Below are positions 9,640 to 23,600 of a stretch of 64,000 bases of DNA, piece after piece. Origin of the DNA: Eledone cirrhosa (taxonomy: Eukaryota); contig OZ024742.1 of assembly GCA_964016885.1 (NCBI GenBank), forward strand, positions 312,046,001 through 312,110,000. Reading direction: 5' to 3'. Both the position numbers and the translations under genes were made by a program. A model generated the notes under the pieces. It saw only the letters and a list, made by a program, of their open reading frames with translations. It did no database searches and had not been told where the DNA came from. How positions within the stretch are numbered: position 1 is the stretch's first letter; every line of letters starts with the position of its first letter.

Positions 9640-12597
9640 ACTTTTTTTTCCCCAATTCAATGATGTTCCAAAACAATATAAAAGAGATAATTTGCAATAA
9701 GGATTCTCGAACAAAAGAGATAATTGGCAATAAGGGCAGGGGCCCCAGGGCACCACAGCCTGGGCCCGCTCGTCATCGTGCCACTGTAATAGAGCCAAAC
9801 AAGGCATTTAATATTGGCTGCTGAAACGTACGGACGCTGCTTGACAGGGATTCCTTGGAACGTCCTAAACGAAGGACTGCTCTTGTTGCAAAGGAGCTTC
9901 GACGTTATGATCTTAACATCGTAGCTTTATCTGAGACGAGGTTAGCTGGAGATGGTCATCTTACAGAATTTTGTGGAGAATATACATTCTTCTGGAAAGG
10001 AAGAGATGAAAGGACCAGAAGAGAGGCTGGGGTAGCATTTGCTGTTAAGACTGCTCTTATGGATAAATTAGAAGAATTCCCAATGGGGATTAGTGAGCGT
10101 CTTATGTCAATGAGAATTCCGCTGGACAAAGGAAGATATGCGACCCTGGTGAGTGTGTTGTGTATGCTCCAACTATGAATTCTGTTGATGAAGAAAAAGT
10201 GTGTTTTTACCATGCCTTGAAAGGTGTTTTAAGAAATATCCCTCAGGCAGACAAGGTCATCGTGCTTGGTGACTTCAATGTTAGAGTGAGTAGGGATTTT
10301 AACACATGGAATGTAATCGGAAGGCGTGGGGTGGGAAAGTGTAACAACAATGGTATGCTCCTGCTGAAGATGTGTGAGGAGCTGGGTCTGTGTGTTACCA
10401 ACACCATGTTCCAGCAAAAGAACAAATTCAAGACCACATGGATGCATCCTGCAACTAAGGAATGGTATCTTTTGGACTACGTCCTTGTCAGGATGCGTGA
10501 CAGACAGGATGTGCAGTGTGTTCGTGTTCTTCGTATAGCTGAGTGCTGCACGGACCACCGACTGGTACGCGCAAAAGTGAAACTAATCACTAAACGTAAA
10601 ATCCGGGCTCCTGGTGTTGCCCTGCCCAGAAGATTGAATGCTGCTCGTCTTAAGGATATAGATGTGAAGAGGACATTGCGAGAAGAGATGCATGTTGCAG
10701 ATCTTGGTGAGGATTGGCCGACCCTTAAAAAGTCGGTTTATGATGTAGGCAGGCGTGTTCTGGGATTGGTGCAGAGAAAACATCAAGACTGGTTTAATGA
10801 GAATGATGAACATATAGAAGACTTGTTGGCTGATAAGAGGCGTGCTCTGTCGCGCTACTAGACAGCAAAACCACAGAAGAAGAATATGTTGCATAAGGTA
10901 CTCAAGGATGTGAAATCACGTGTTAGGCGGAATCTTTCTCAGATGAAGGATAAGTGGTGGAGTGAGAAGGCTGATGAGATACAAGCTGCATCAGATTCCA
11001 ATAAAAAAAATTACAAAAAAAAGTAGCTCTCGCAGAACCACCGACGCTTGTAGGGGTTGCAGTAGCTATCTCGAAGCTGAACAGTGGAAGGTCTCCAGGT
11101 ATGGATGGCATACATGCAGAGCTCCTACAATATGTTGGTGAGAGACTTCTGCAACATCTTTACTCTTTGTTTGGCAGGATATGGGCTAGTGAATCCGTAC
11201 CTGAGGACTGGAGAGATGCAGTAATGGACCGTCTGCTGACACACATTGCATATTGTGTTCTTCCTGAAAGTCAATCTGGTTTTCGTGCTGGACGCGGCAC
11301 TACTGATATGATCTTCTCAGCTAGACAGCTCCAGGGAAAGTGCATGGAACAAGGTTTGGATCTGTATCAGGTTTTTGTTGATCTGACAAAAGCTTTCGAT
11401 ACTGTTAACAGAAATGCATTGTGCAAGGTTTCCATGACGACATGAAGGCTTGGGTTAATGTCAGAGGTAACATGTCGGAGCCTATCTCAGTAAAAAGATG
11501 GAGTGAAACAAGGGGATATTCCAGCACCGACCATTGTTTGCCATATACTTTCCAAATGTTTTCTATATTGCATTCAGGAATTGCGAGCATGGGGTTTACA
11601 TCCAATATCGAACCTCAGGCAGCATATTTAACATCAGGTGCTTTGCTTCAAAAACAAAAGTATTTACAACAATCATAAGAGACCTCTTGTATGCAGATGA
11701 TTACGATCTTGTAGCGCAGACAGAGAGTGATATGCAGCACATTTTGAATGCATTTTCTGATGCTTGCACTACCCTAGGATTGACTATTAGTCTCAAGAAA
11801 ACCGTCGTCTGGTAAGCAGAACAGTGAGCCAAATATCTATGTATATGGTAAACGACTTGGAGTGGTTGATCAGATTGTCTACCTGGGAAGCACTGTCAAT
11901 CGATACAGCAACCTTGATAATGAAATGAAATTCAACTCAGAATTAGGAAAGCAAGTGATGCTTTAGGAAAGCTAGAAAGGCGACTCTGGGGTCGGTGAGA
12001 CATATGCAAGAAGACAAGGTAAAGGTGTACAAGGCATGTGTGCTCTTTTTTCTTCTTTATGCCTGCGAGACCTGGGTCACATATCGACACCACCTTAAAC
12101 AATTGGAGCGTTTCCATCAGATGTGTCTCAGACGGATCCATGGCGTTCACTGGAGGGACCACATCAGTAATGTCGAGATTTTGGAAAGCTCTCTCTGTGA
12201 CAGTATAGAAGCTCTTGTGCTTAAGCAAAGACTCCGTTGGAGTGGTCACCTTGCCAGGATGAAGGATTCTAGAATACCAAAACAACTCTTTTATGGAGAG
12301 TTAGTTAAAGGAAAACGACCTCCACATAAACCAAATAAGAGGTATAAGGATTCGTTGAAAGCCTCTTTGAAAGACGCTAACATATCTGCTGATACATGGG
12401 AAAATGTTGCTGCTGATCGTAATAAATGGAGAAAGACTGTATATGAGGGGGTGTGTGTGTGTGTAGATATGTTTATATGTGTGTGTATGTATATATATAT
12501 TATTATTGTTGTTGTTATTATCATTGTCGTTATTATTATTATTTTTTTTTTTTTTTTCTTTCTTTGAGCAATGGCCATACTCGATAACGAGGGGGCA

Positions 12598-12604
<7 letters not shown>
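9640..12604 (+). mobile_element. Internally deleted, decayed RTE-clade LINE (copy 1)
   Basis: APE and RT (LYADD) segments collinear with 20661-23800, roughly 90 percent identical by eye; several deletions; same 3' end GCAATGGCCATACTCGATAACGAGGGGGCAGCCATCA. Confidence 0.95.
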
Positions 12605-12664
<60 letters not shown>

Positions 12665-12799
12665 TTATTAAAATAACAGATTAAAGTTTAAGCAAAGAAT
12701 CGCTGCTTTCACCCTTAACGGGATCTTCTGAAACTAACAAAGCCCTCTTTGGATTTTAGTCTTCAATTTTATTATTATTACTATATATATATATATACC

Positions 12800-13091
12800 T
12801 CTTTCGATCACGAATAACCATAGGATTTGCTCCTAGAAAGTCGTTCCCCCCCCCCCCCCCCCCCCCCGAGACACTAGTCTGGGTAAGGTTGTTTGGGGAA
12901 GATCAGCAGACACAAATAAATACCGGTCTCTCCTCTCCACGCCACCGATGTTGTCTAAGGGAAAGGCAATGCCCGATACAGCTTTGCACCAGTGATGTCG
13001 TAACTCATTTCTACAGCTGAGTGAACTACATAAAGTTAAATAAAGTGTCTTGCTCAAGGGCACAACGCATTTGCCGGTGCGGGAATCGAAC
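12800..13091 (-). mobile_element. tRNA-derived SINE with CCTTGAGCAAGACACTTTA core
   Basis: Minus-strand B box GTTCGATTCCC and core; similar copy at 48720-49042. Confidence 0.75.
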
Positions 13092-13482
13092 AGTAATCTA
13101 TTTATGTTATTCAGAGAGCACTGTTTTTGTAATTTTTCCCCAATCCTATTGAGAATTCTTCAAGGGACATGACTGCGTAAGTCAATAGATGCAAGGGAAA
13201 TAACTTCTGCCTTTTTTTTTCTTTCCTATTTGCTCATGTAAATTTGAATATTTGGGATATAAACTTGCTCCAGTAGTAATATTTATACAGTAATATTTAA
13301 CAACACAGATCTCTGATGATTATGTTGTTTATGTAGAAAGTTTCTAATTGCGTTCTTAATTTGTTTTCTCTATTTAAATAAATTTAATCGACAATTCAAA
13401 CATATACTCGTTCAGGCAATCATATCAACCCCGGTATTTGATCGAACGGATAAGTTACGGAGCATAAATAAACAGAAAACGT

Positions 13483-14579
<1,097 letters not shown>

Positions 14580-14675
14580 GTTGATTATTTAATTTATTAG
14601 TTCTTCATTGAGCCACATCATGAATGGTTGCTAAAACACATATATATCTGTGACTTTGTTTAATTGGTGTATGTG

Positions 14676-14785
<110 letters not shown>

Positions 14786-15004
14786 TGTATGTATGTATGT
14801 ATGAATGTATGTATGTATGTCATACATACAAAACAAAAAACACACACACGTTACTCTACTCACTTAGTGAGTAAAGTGAGTAGAGTAGCGTGTGTGTGTT
14901 TGTTTGTATGTATGAGTGTTGTTGTGTGCGCGCATATGTATGCGCGTGTGTGTGTCGTACGTATAAGTGTCAATAAGTGATTTTTTTTTTTTTTTTTTTT
15001 TTTT

Positions 15005-15290
15005 GTGGGGACATAGAAATAATCGGGCTGGATGCTCGATCGCGCAGTTAAACCACTGGGAGTGAAGAACCCCTAGCCCTTGTCAGGGCATTCTTCTAGG
15101 AGAAGGCATCTCAGGAAACTGGGTTAACTCCGACATAAAACCTGCGGCTCAGTAGTTACCGATGATGTTGATCTTTTCTTCTTTTAGGGTTATAGCTACT
15201 GTCGCTCAGAGAGTGGGATTGGCTCAGTGCACAGTCTTTCCTCACTTTAAAAATATTCGTCACGCACAGGCATTGCACGAGTGCATTAAT
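15005..15290 (+). mobile_element. 5' UTR of the RTE LINE, separated from its ORF by the Tx1 element
   Basis: Collinear with 24586-24785 (TCTAGGAGAAGG, GATGTTGA, AGAGAGTGGGA.TGGCT, ACAGGCATTGC), which is fused to an RTE-type 3' end. The true 5' start may lie further left (about 14867). Confidence 0.75.
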
Positions 15291-15310
15291 AATTATTAAT
15301 AGTACTATTA

Positions 15311-16842
15311 TTGAGGCTAATTAAACGGGAGAAGTCCTGGGCAAACCTGACCATCCCGGACGAGGCAATAGCGGCCATGCAAAGGAGGACGGTGCTCTTT
15401 CGATGTATTTCGGTGCAGACACAAAAAGTGGAACTTGCGAGCCAAGCAGAGGTAGAGGCTGCTTTGGAGTACATCGGAAGTAACATAGAGTACAAAGCAA
15501 GAGGCAAACAGTTCGGTACCATCTCGGTACTGTTCAAATCCGAGGCCCTCGCTATTAAGCACTCGGTGATCCTCTGCAGAACCAAACGCATTATCATGCA
15601 TCCGTCCTATATGGGTAAAAGGACAGTGAAGGTACGCATTCCCAGCATCCCACCAGGAATGAACATATGGTGGCTGCTGGGATGCGTAATCGAGGAGGGG
15701 ACAGACACCACCCTCCTGGACATCAAAAGGACAGAGAGAGAAGACTGGTCCGGAATGGATTTGGAGATTCTTCTCCAAATGAAACCGGAGGATATAAATA
15801 ACATCCCAGATTTTGCCCGCCTGCAGGACGGGACAACAATCCAACTAATGATTGACGGAAGAAGGCCACGCTGCTTCGTTTGCGGGGAAGCCACGCATCT
15901 TCAAGCCTTCTGCCCTCAGCGCAAAAATGCAGGGGGTCGCAAACCTCCTTTGTTGCCAACGCCAGTGTCAGCACGGAAAGCTGCACCACCACCACCACCA
16001 AAAACAACATCAACAAAAACACGGACACCAACATCAAAAGCAGCCGGATCACCACCAACACCAAAACCAATCCAAGGAGAAAACGAGGAAAGCTCCCCCC
16101 CCCCCCCCCCCCAACTATATACATATAAAAAAATAAATAAATAAACGCACACACAGACACAGAGACACTCACAGACACAGACCCTTTGTCTTCCAGCAGC
16201 GAAGATGAAGGAAAACCCAAAAGTGCAAAAAAACAGAGGAAACTCACAAAAAAAAAAAGCCCCTACAAAACAAAAACACACACAACAAAAAATACAGACA
16301 CCACTAACGTAGACACTTCCCCAATAACATCAGCACCATCAGCAACATCGACACCCCCCCCCCCACAATCCCCGAAGCGCAAACAACCTAAACAAACACA
16401 AGTACAAATAAACACACAAATACCTGAAATTGCAGACACCACACCTACAACAAACATAGACATACCCGAAACAACACCACCAAAACCATCGCCACCACCT
16501 ACACCAAAACGAAAACAAATAAAACCACACCAACAAAATGTTAAAAACTTCGTGCTTGTCAGAAGGGCCAACGATAAACTGATGGCCCTCTTAGCGCGAA
16601 GCGAGGACATTCAAACAGAGGGGGAGATTTTTGAAATGAGCACATTTTGCGTGCCAGAAGATTTGCTTCTGGTTCGAATGTCACTCAATTCCTTCAAAGA
16701 AATTCGAGAGAGCTTTCCTCAAGACGTGGGAAACCCGAATGTGAAACCCACATCAAGACTTTTAAAGGGGTTCCCAAAAAGAAACCCCACCAACCATGGA
16801 GGTCGAACCACCCGACCTTCACAAGACCCGGGAGGTAAGTAA
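15311..16842 (+). pseudogene. Tx1 ORF1: CCHC zinc-knuckle protein with Pro/Thr/Lys-rich tail, disrupted at about 16095-16145
   Basis: CFVCGEATHLQAFC (C-X2-C-X4-H-X4-C); ORFs 15311-16144 and 16186-16842 are split at a C-run and (AAAT)n. Confidence 0.85.
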
Positions 16843-16873
16843 ACCTTCCCTCTCTCTCTCTTAGCTTACCAAT

Positions 16874-19800
16874 ATGGCCATATTAAGAGTAGGAAGTTTA
16901 AATGTTCGCGGCCTGGGGTCACCCTGGAAGCAGGGTCGCCTGCTCAACGACCTCCGGTCGCTGGAAATGGATGTGATTGCCGTAAGCGAGACCAGAATTT
17001 CCGACACGCGTGCACTAGCCCCCATTTTCGACGACTATCAGATCTTCGCATCTGTTAGCAGGCCGGGAATGGGGGGTGGGGTGGCAGTGCTGTTTAGGAA
17101 AGGACTGGATCTCGAGGTAAGGTCGATCTTCCGGGACCCGGACGGTAAGTTGGTGGTCTTGGATGTGAGCAGTAGCGAAGGTGGTGCCTTTAGACTGCTG
17201 GCCGTCTACGCCCCTACAGGGGCCGGACGACCTGACTTCTTTAAGCGCCTGGAGACCTTTCTGGGTACGTCTCGCCCTTTACTGTTAGCGGGGGACTGGA
17301 ATGGCATCTTAGACGCACGCTGGGATTGTGTGGGAGTAGCCGATAGGAGCGGGGGGTGCAAAAGCCTCAAGCACCTACTCAGCCAGTTCCAACTGTCTGA
17401 CAGGTATCGACTAGATTTCCCCAATGTGCCAGTATGGACATGGACCAACCGAATGGGGTCATCTAGATCGTATATAGACAGAATCTTCATTAGGAAAATA
17501 GATAGAAATAGTGTGGGCTGTCCACTTTTTAAAACGGTCGCCTATTCAGATCACAAATTTGTGATCTGTACGGTCGACCTAAATAAAACGCGTAGGTTAG
17601 GACCGGGTTACTGGAAGCTGAACATGTCATTTCCGGCACGTAAGGCTTACAGGGACCGAGTCAATAAGTTAGTTAAGCAAAAGTTGACAGGGGGATCATC
17701 AACAACAGATGGTGGGGAGCTCTCAAAAGAGAGATTAGAGTAACTTCGATAGAGTTCCGCAAAGAACTAGCGTTAGAGAAAAATAGAAAGGAGGGGGAGC
17801 TGGTAGATAAGTTAGACGAGGCTATTTGTAGTGGCATCGCAACTGACGTGCTAGCGGCGAGAATGGCATTAGACCATTTCTTCAATGCCAAACACGAAGG
17901 TTGCATTGTCAGAGCTAAGGCGCGTGCGCTGAGAAACGAGGGAACTAAAGCTGTTCGATGGGCCCGCGTGGCGGAGGCGCAGCGTGGTAATAAAACCACA
18001 ATTCGGTCTTTGGCGGACCGAGACGGACACGAGATAAGCGATTCCAAGCGGATGTGTGAGGCCTTTCGCCAGCACTTTGCTCGGTTGTTCGGGGAGAGTG
18101 GCGAGTCAGAGAGAGAGTAGCCGATTTCAGTCCCTACCTTGACGGCTTGCCGCGCATCTCGACGGTCAACGCTGAGCGCTGCGAAAGGCCGATTACTTCA
18201 GCCGAAATTCAGGACGCCCTTGTCGGCTGTATGAGGCGCAAGTCACCCGGCTTGGATGGCCTGCCCTACGAGCTTTACGTAAATATGCCAGACTTGTTCT
18301 CCGAACTCCTCGAAGCACTCTACTGTAACTGGCAGCAGAATGGGAGTATTCCCAGTTCTGTGAGCAGGGGAGTGGTGACGCTGATAAGGAAAGACGAGAA
18401 CAAGAGGGATACATTAGACAACTTCAGGCCCATAACTCTGCTCAACACAGAGTTTAAGATTTTGGCCAAGGTGTTAGCAAAGAGATTGGCGCTTGTCGTC
18501 GAGGATTTTGTTGGGGAGGCGCAAACTTGCGCAATCCCAGCCAGGTCCATACACGACAATCTCCACCTCATGCGATACATCATAGAGAGGGTAGGGTGTA
18601 AACCTGGCTTCGGTGGGGCACTGATCAATTTAGATCAATCGAAAGCATTCGATAGGGTCGACCATCGGTATCTGGAGTTTGTCCTCAAAGCAGCTGGCTT
18701 CGGCCCTGTCTTTAGAAGCTGGATCGTTGCAATGCACAGCGGCACACGCTCGATGGTCAAGGTTAATGGCCACCTCTCGGAACCATTTCGGCTCTCCCGA
18801 TCGGTCCGTCAAGGGTGCCCTCTCTCTTCCCTTCTGTACGTATTGACTCTCGAGCCTTTACTGCGGAAGCTGGAGCTGTTGCAGGGCATCCCGCTCGAAC
18901 CGGGACGTGGAAAGGCGGTGTCGGCTTATGCGGATGACATCACCGTGATGGTGTCGAACACCTCAGAAATCGAGGTGGTCGGCACCTTATTGAAGGAATA
19001 TGAAAGGTTGACAGGAGCCAAACTTAACCCGGAAAAGTCGGTGGGCTTGCAGCTCGGAACCTGGAGAGGCAAGCCCATGCCGTCCAACAGCGTCGTGAGG
19101 CGCTGGACGGACGGACCAGTAAAGTTGCTCGGGGTTTGGTTCGGACCAGACCTCCAGGTGGAAAAGAATTGGGACGAGGTAACGAGCAGAGTAACCAGTC
19201 TCACCCAAAAATGGGCTGGGAGGAAGCTATCACTGAAAGGTCGCACGGAGGTGGCGAATGCGTACATCGCGTCCGTCATCTATTACCGCCTAACCGTCGT
19301 GCCTTGCCCCCGTCCGCGCCTCGTCAAGTTGGAACGGCTCCTCTTCAAATTCTTGTGGAGGGGACAAGTTCCGTTGGTGAGGCGGTCCATCTGCTGCCAG
19401 CACCCTCTACGCGGAGGGCTGGGCATGCCGTGGCTAATGATGCGCAGACATGCGTTGAGGCTGCGACATCTCCAGATATTCTGCCTCAATGGTGAACAGG
19501 TGTGGTCGCCGTTTATCAGACGGGCCTTTCCGCAGCTCATTTCTTTGACTGAGCTGCAGTCCTGGGTCAAGAAGAGACCGAGACTGGGTGACTGGCACCT
19601 GGAATGTTGCCAGGCACTCACTGCCCTCTACCAAGCGGGCAATGCGATCAGTGGAACTTCCACTCTCGAGTTCTATAGAGGATTAGTGGTGGGCAAGTGC
19701 GATGACGCACTCGGAGAAGCTTTGGGCCTCGACGAAATCGAACTGACCAGTCTGTACCGGAGGACTTTTGAGCCGGGGACGATGGACAATTTCCAGAAAT

Positions 19801-20303
19801 CCCTCGCTTGGCAGTGCTACCGGGGGGGGGGGGGACTGCCGGTTCGGGATAAACTCTACAGGCTCGGAAGTGCTGTCAGACGGACCTGCCCAAGATGCGC
19901 ACAGAACGACGAAACCGTTCTGCACGCACTTGTCCAATGTCCGTGCATTACTGACTTGTGGAGTTATGTCGAACAGCTACTGCCGCGTGTGGAACGAATT
20001 CAGTTATCGGCCGAGTCCATAGTGAAGATCGAGCCGCCACCTTCCTTAGGTCAGGAAGAGCAGGACATTTTCCTCTGTCTGGTGGCAGTTGCGAAAGAGA
20101 TTATATGGTGGACCAGGTTGAAAGGACTAAAGACAGACACTTTTCTCTTCGGCCAATCCTTCATCAACTTCTTCAAGTTTCACCTGGAAAAGAGGGTGAG
20201 GGTGGAGAGAGAAGTGCTGCCCCCCAGTACATTTGCTAAAAGGTGGGTGAATGTGGCGAGAATGGCTCGTGTGAATGGGCCTACTCTGACCATGCGCCTA
20301 TAG
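16874..20303 (+). pseudogene. Tx1 ORF2: AP-type endonuclease, reverse transcriptase and C-terminal Cys/His finger; two frameshifts
   Basis: SLNVRGL, SET, VYAP, GDWN, IDRIF, SDH, GPGYWKLN; KSPGLDGLPYE, RPITLLN, DQSKAFDRV, QGCPLS, YADD; CPRC..ETVLHALVQC; shifts at the G-run near 17690 and (GA)n near 18115. Confidence 0.95.
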
Positions 20304-20580
20304 GCTGGCTAACTTGAGGAGAGGGGTGCTCTCCTGGGTGCCCTAGAAGCGCAGGGTGGTTCAGGATTTGTGGGGTACCCGAATCACCCCAGGGTCGTCC
20401 ACCCCCTATCGGGGAATTTATTTTGTTATATTTTGCATAGTTTATTTTATATTTTATATTTTCATTGTTAAATTAGTCTTGCCATTGTGCACTTTTACTC
20501 GACCTTATTGTAAACCCCCACTGTCCCTGTCTTTGTATTGTCCCCTACATGTCGGCCCTTGTGGCTAATAAATGAAATCA

Positions 20581-20611
<31 letters not shown>

Positions 20612-20616
20612 TATTA

Positions 20617-20619
<3 letters not shown>

Positions 20620-20651
<32 letters not shown>

Positions 20652-23600
20652 CCGAATTCAATGATGTTCCAGAACAATATAAAAGAGATAATTGGCAATT
20701 TAGGTTCTGGAACAAAAAAGATAATTGGCAATAAGGGCAGGGGCCCCAGGTTATCACAGCTTGGGCCCGCTCGTCATCGTGCCATTGTAATAGAGCCAAA
20801 CAAGGCATTTAGTCTTGGCTGCTGGAACGTACGGACGCTGCTTGACAGGGATTCCTTGGGGCGTCCTGAACGAAGGACCGCTCTTGTTGCAAAGGAGCTT
20901 CGACGTTACGATCTTGACATCGTGGCTTTATCTGAGACGAGGCTAGCTGGAGATGGTCATCTTACGGAATTTTGTGGACAATATACAATCTTCTGGAAAG
21001 GAAGAGATGAAGGAACCAGAAGAGAGGCTGGGGTAGGATTTGCTGTTAAGACTGTGGTTGTGAACAAATTAGAAGAATTCCCAGTAGGGATTAGTGAGCG
21101 TCTTATGTCCATGAGAGTTCCGCTGGACAAGGGAAGATATGCTACCCTGGTGAGTGTGTTGTGTATGCTCCAACTATGAGTTCTGTCGATAAGGAAAAGG
21201 TGTCCTTTTACCATGCCTTGAAAGGTGTTTTAAGAAATATCCCTCAGGCAGACAAAGTCATCGTGCTTGGTGACTTTAATGCTAGAGTGGGTAGGGATTT
21301 TAACACATGGAATGTAATCGGAAGGCATGGGTGGGAAAGTGTAACAGTAATGGTATGCTCCTGCTGCAGATGTGTGAGGAGCTGGATCTGTGTGTTACCA
21401 ACACCATGTTCCAACAAAAGAACAAATTCAAGACCACATGGATGCATCCTGCATCTAAGGAATGGCATCTTTTGGACTACGTCCTAGTCAGGATGCGTGA
21501 CAGACAGGATGTGCAGTGTGTTCGTGTTCTTCGTGGAGCTGAGTGCTGGACGGACCACCGCCTGGTACGCGCAAAAGTGAAACTAATCACTAAACGTAAA
21601 ATCCGGGCTCCTGGTGTTGCCCTGCCCAAAAGATTGAATGCTGCTCGTCTTAAGGATAAAAATGTGAAGAGGACATTGGAAGAAGAGATGCAGGCTGCAG
21701 ATCTTGGTGAGGATTGGCCGACCCTTAAAAAGTCGGTTTATGATGTAGGCAGGCGTGTTCTGGGATTGGCGCAGAAGAAACATCAGGACTGGTTTGATGA
21801 GAATGATGTACATATAGAAGACTTGTTGGCTGATAAGAGGCGTGCTCTGTCACGCTACTTGACGGCAAAACCACAGGAGAGGAATACGTTGCATGAGGAA
21901 CTCAGGGATGTAAAATCACGTGTTAGGCGGAGTCTTTCTCAGATGAAGGATCAGTGGTGGAGTGAGAAGGCTGGTGAGATACAAACTGCGTCTGATTCCA
22001 ATAACACAAAGCTGTTGTACAGTCTCTTACGTGAAGTTTATGGACCGTCTTCTTCTCTGGTGACACCGCTTCGCAACAAGGATACAAAGAACTTCTTCGC
22101 GACTCACAAGGAATTCTACGAAGGTGGCGAGAGCACTTTGATGATCTTTTGAATCAGCCGTCTGTCGTCAGCGAAGATTTCCTCAATCTCATTCCAGAAA
22201 GTCCTGTGAAAGTAGCTCTCGCAGAACCTCCGACGCTTGTGGAGGTTGCAGTGGCTATTTCGAAGCTGAACAGTGGAAGATCTCCAGGTATGGATGGCAT
22301 ACATGCTGAGCTCCTACAATATGGTGGTGAGAGACTCCTGCAACATCTTCACTCTTTGTTTGGCAGGATATGGGCTAATGAATCCGTACCTGAGGACTGG
22401 AGAGATGCAGTAATGGTGGTCTTGTACAAGGGAAAGGGTAACAGGAAGGATTGTGGGAACTACAGAGGTATATCATTGCTTTCTGTCGCAGGGAAAGTTT
22501 TATGTAGGGTGCTTCTGGACCGTCTACTGACACACATTGCAGATTGTGTTCTTCCTGAAAGTCAATTTGGTTTTCGTGCTGGACGCGGCACTACTGATAT
22601 GATCTTCTCAGCTAGACAGCTCCAGAAGAAGTGCATGGAACAAGGCTTGGATCTGTATCAGGTTTTTGTCGATCTGACAAAAGCTTTCGATACTGTTAAC
22701 AGAGATGCATTATGGAAGGTTCTCCAGAAACTTGGTTGCCCTGATAAGTTCCTTGCTTTAGTTAGGTCTTTCCATGATGACATGAAGGCTTGGGTTAATG
22801 TCGGGGGTAACATGTCGGAGCCTATCTCAGTAAAAAATGGAGTGAAACAGGGGGATATTCCAGCACCGACCCTGTTTGCCATATACTTTGCAATGGTTTT
22901 CTGTATTGCATTCAGGAATTGCGAGCATGGTGTTTACATCCGATATCGAACCTCAGGCAGCATATTTAACATCAGGCGCTTTGCTGCGAAGACAAAAGTA
23001 TTTACATCAATCATAAGAGACCTCTTGTATGCAGATGATTGCGATCTTGTAGCGCACACAGAGAGTGATATGCAGCACATTTTGAATACATTTTCTGACG
23101 CTTGCACTGCCCTAGGTCTGACTGTCAGTCTCAAGAAAACCGTCATGTACCAACCTGCCCCGGGTAAGCAGTACACTGAACCAAACATCTATGTGTATGG
23201 CAAACGACTTGGAGTGGTTGATCAGTTTGTCTACCTGGGAAGCACTGTCAATCGATACAGCAACCTTGACAGTGAAACCTCACTTAGGATTAGGAAAGCA
23301 AGTGATGCTTTCGGAAAGCTAGAAAGGCGACTCTGGGGTCGGCGAGATATATGCAGGAGGACAAAGGTAAAGGTGTACAGGGCATGTGTGCTCTCTTGTC
23401 TTCTTTATCCCTGCGAGACCTGGGTCACATATCGACACCACCTTAAGCAATTGGAGCGTTACCATCAGATGTGTCTCAGACGGATCCAGGGCGTTCACTG
23501 GAGGGACCACATCAGTGATGTCGAGATTTTGGAAAGCTCTATGTGTGACAGTATAGAAGCTCTTGTGCTTAAGCAACGACTCCGTTGGAGTGGTCACCTT

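Larger units (their letters stand above)
15311..20580 (+). mobile_element. Near-full-length L1/Tx1-clade non-LTR retrotransposon, subfamily 1
   Basis: ORF1 plus ORF2 plus 3' UTR ending CCCTTGTGGCTAATAAATGAAATC; ATT-rich tracts on both sides; no 5' UTR or ATG visible at the left junction. Confidence 0.95.

Noticed and set aside
15005-15130. HDV-like ribozyme in the RTE leader
   Set aside because: Known for some RTEs, but I could not fold the nested double pseudoknot by eye; it needs a motif search.
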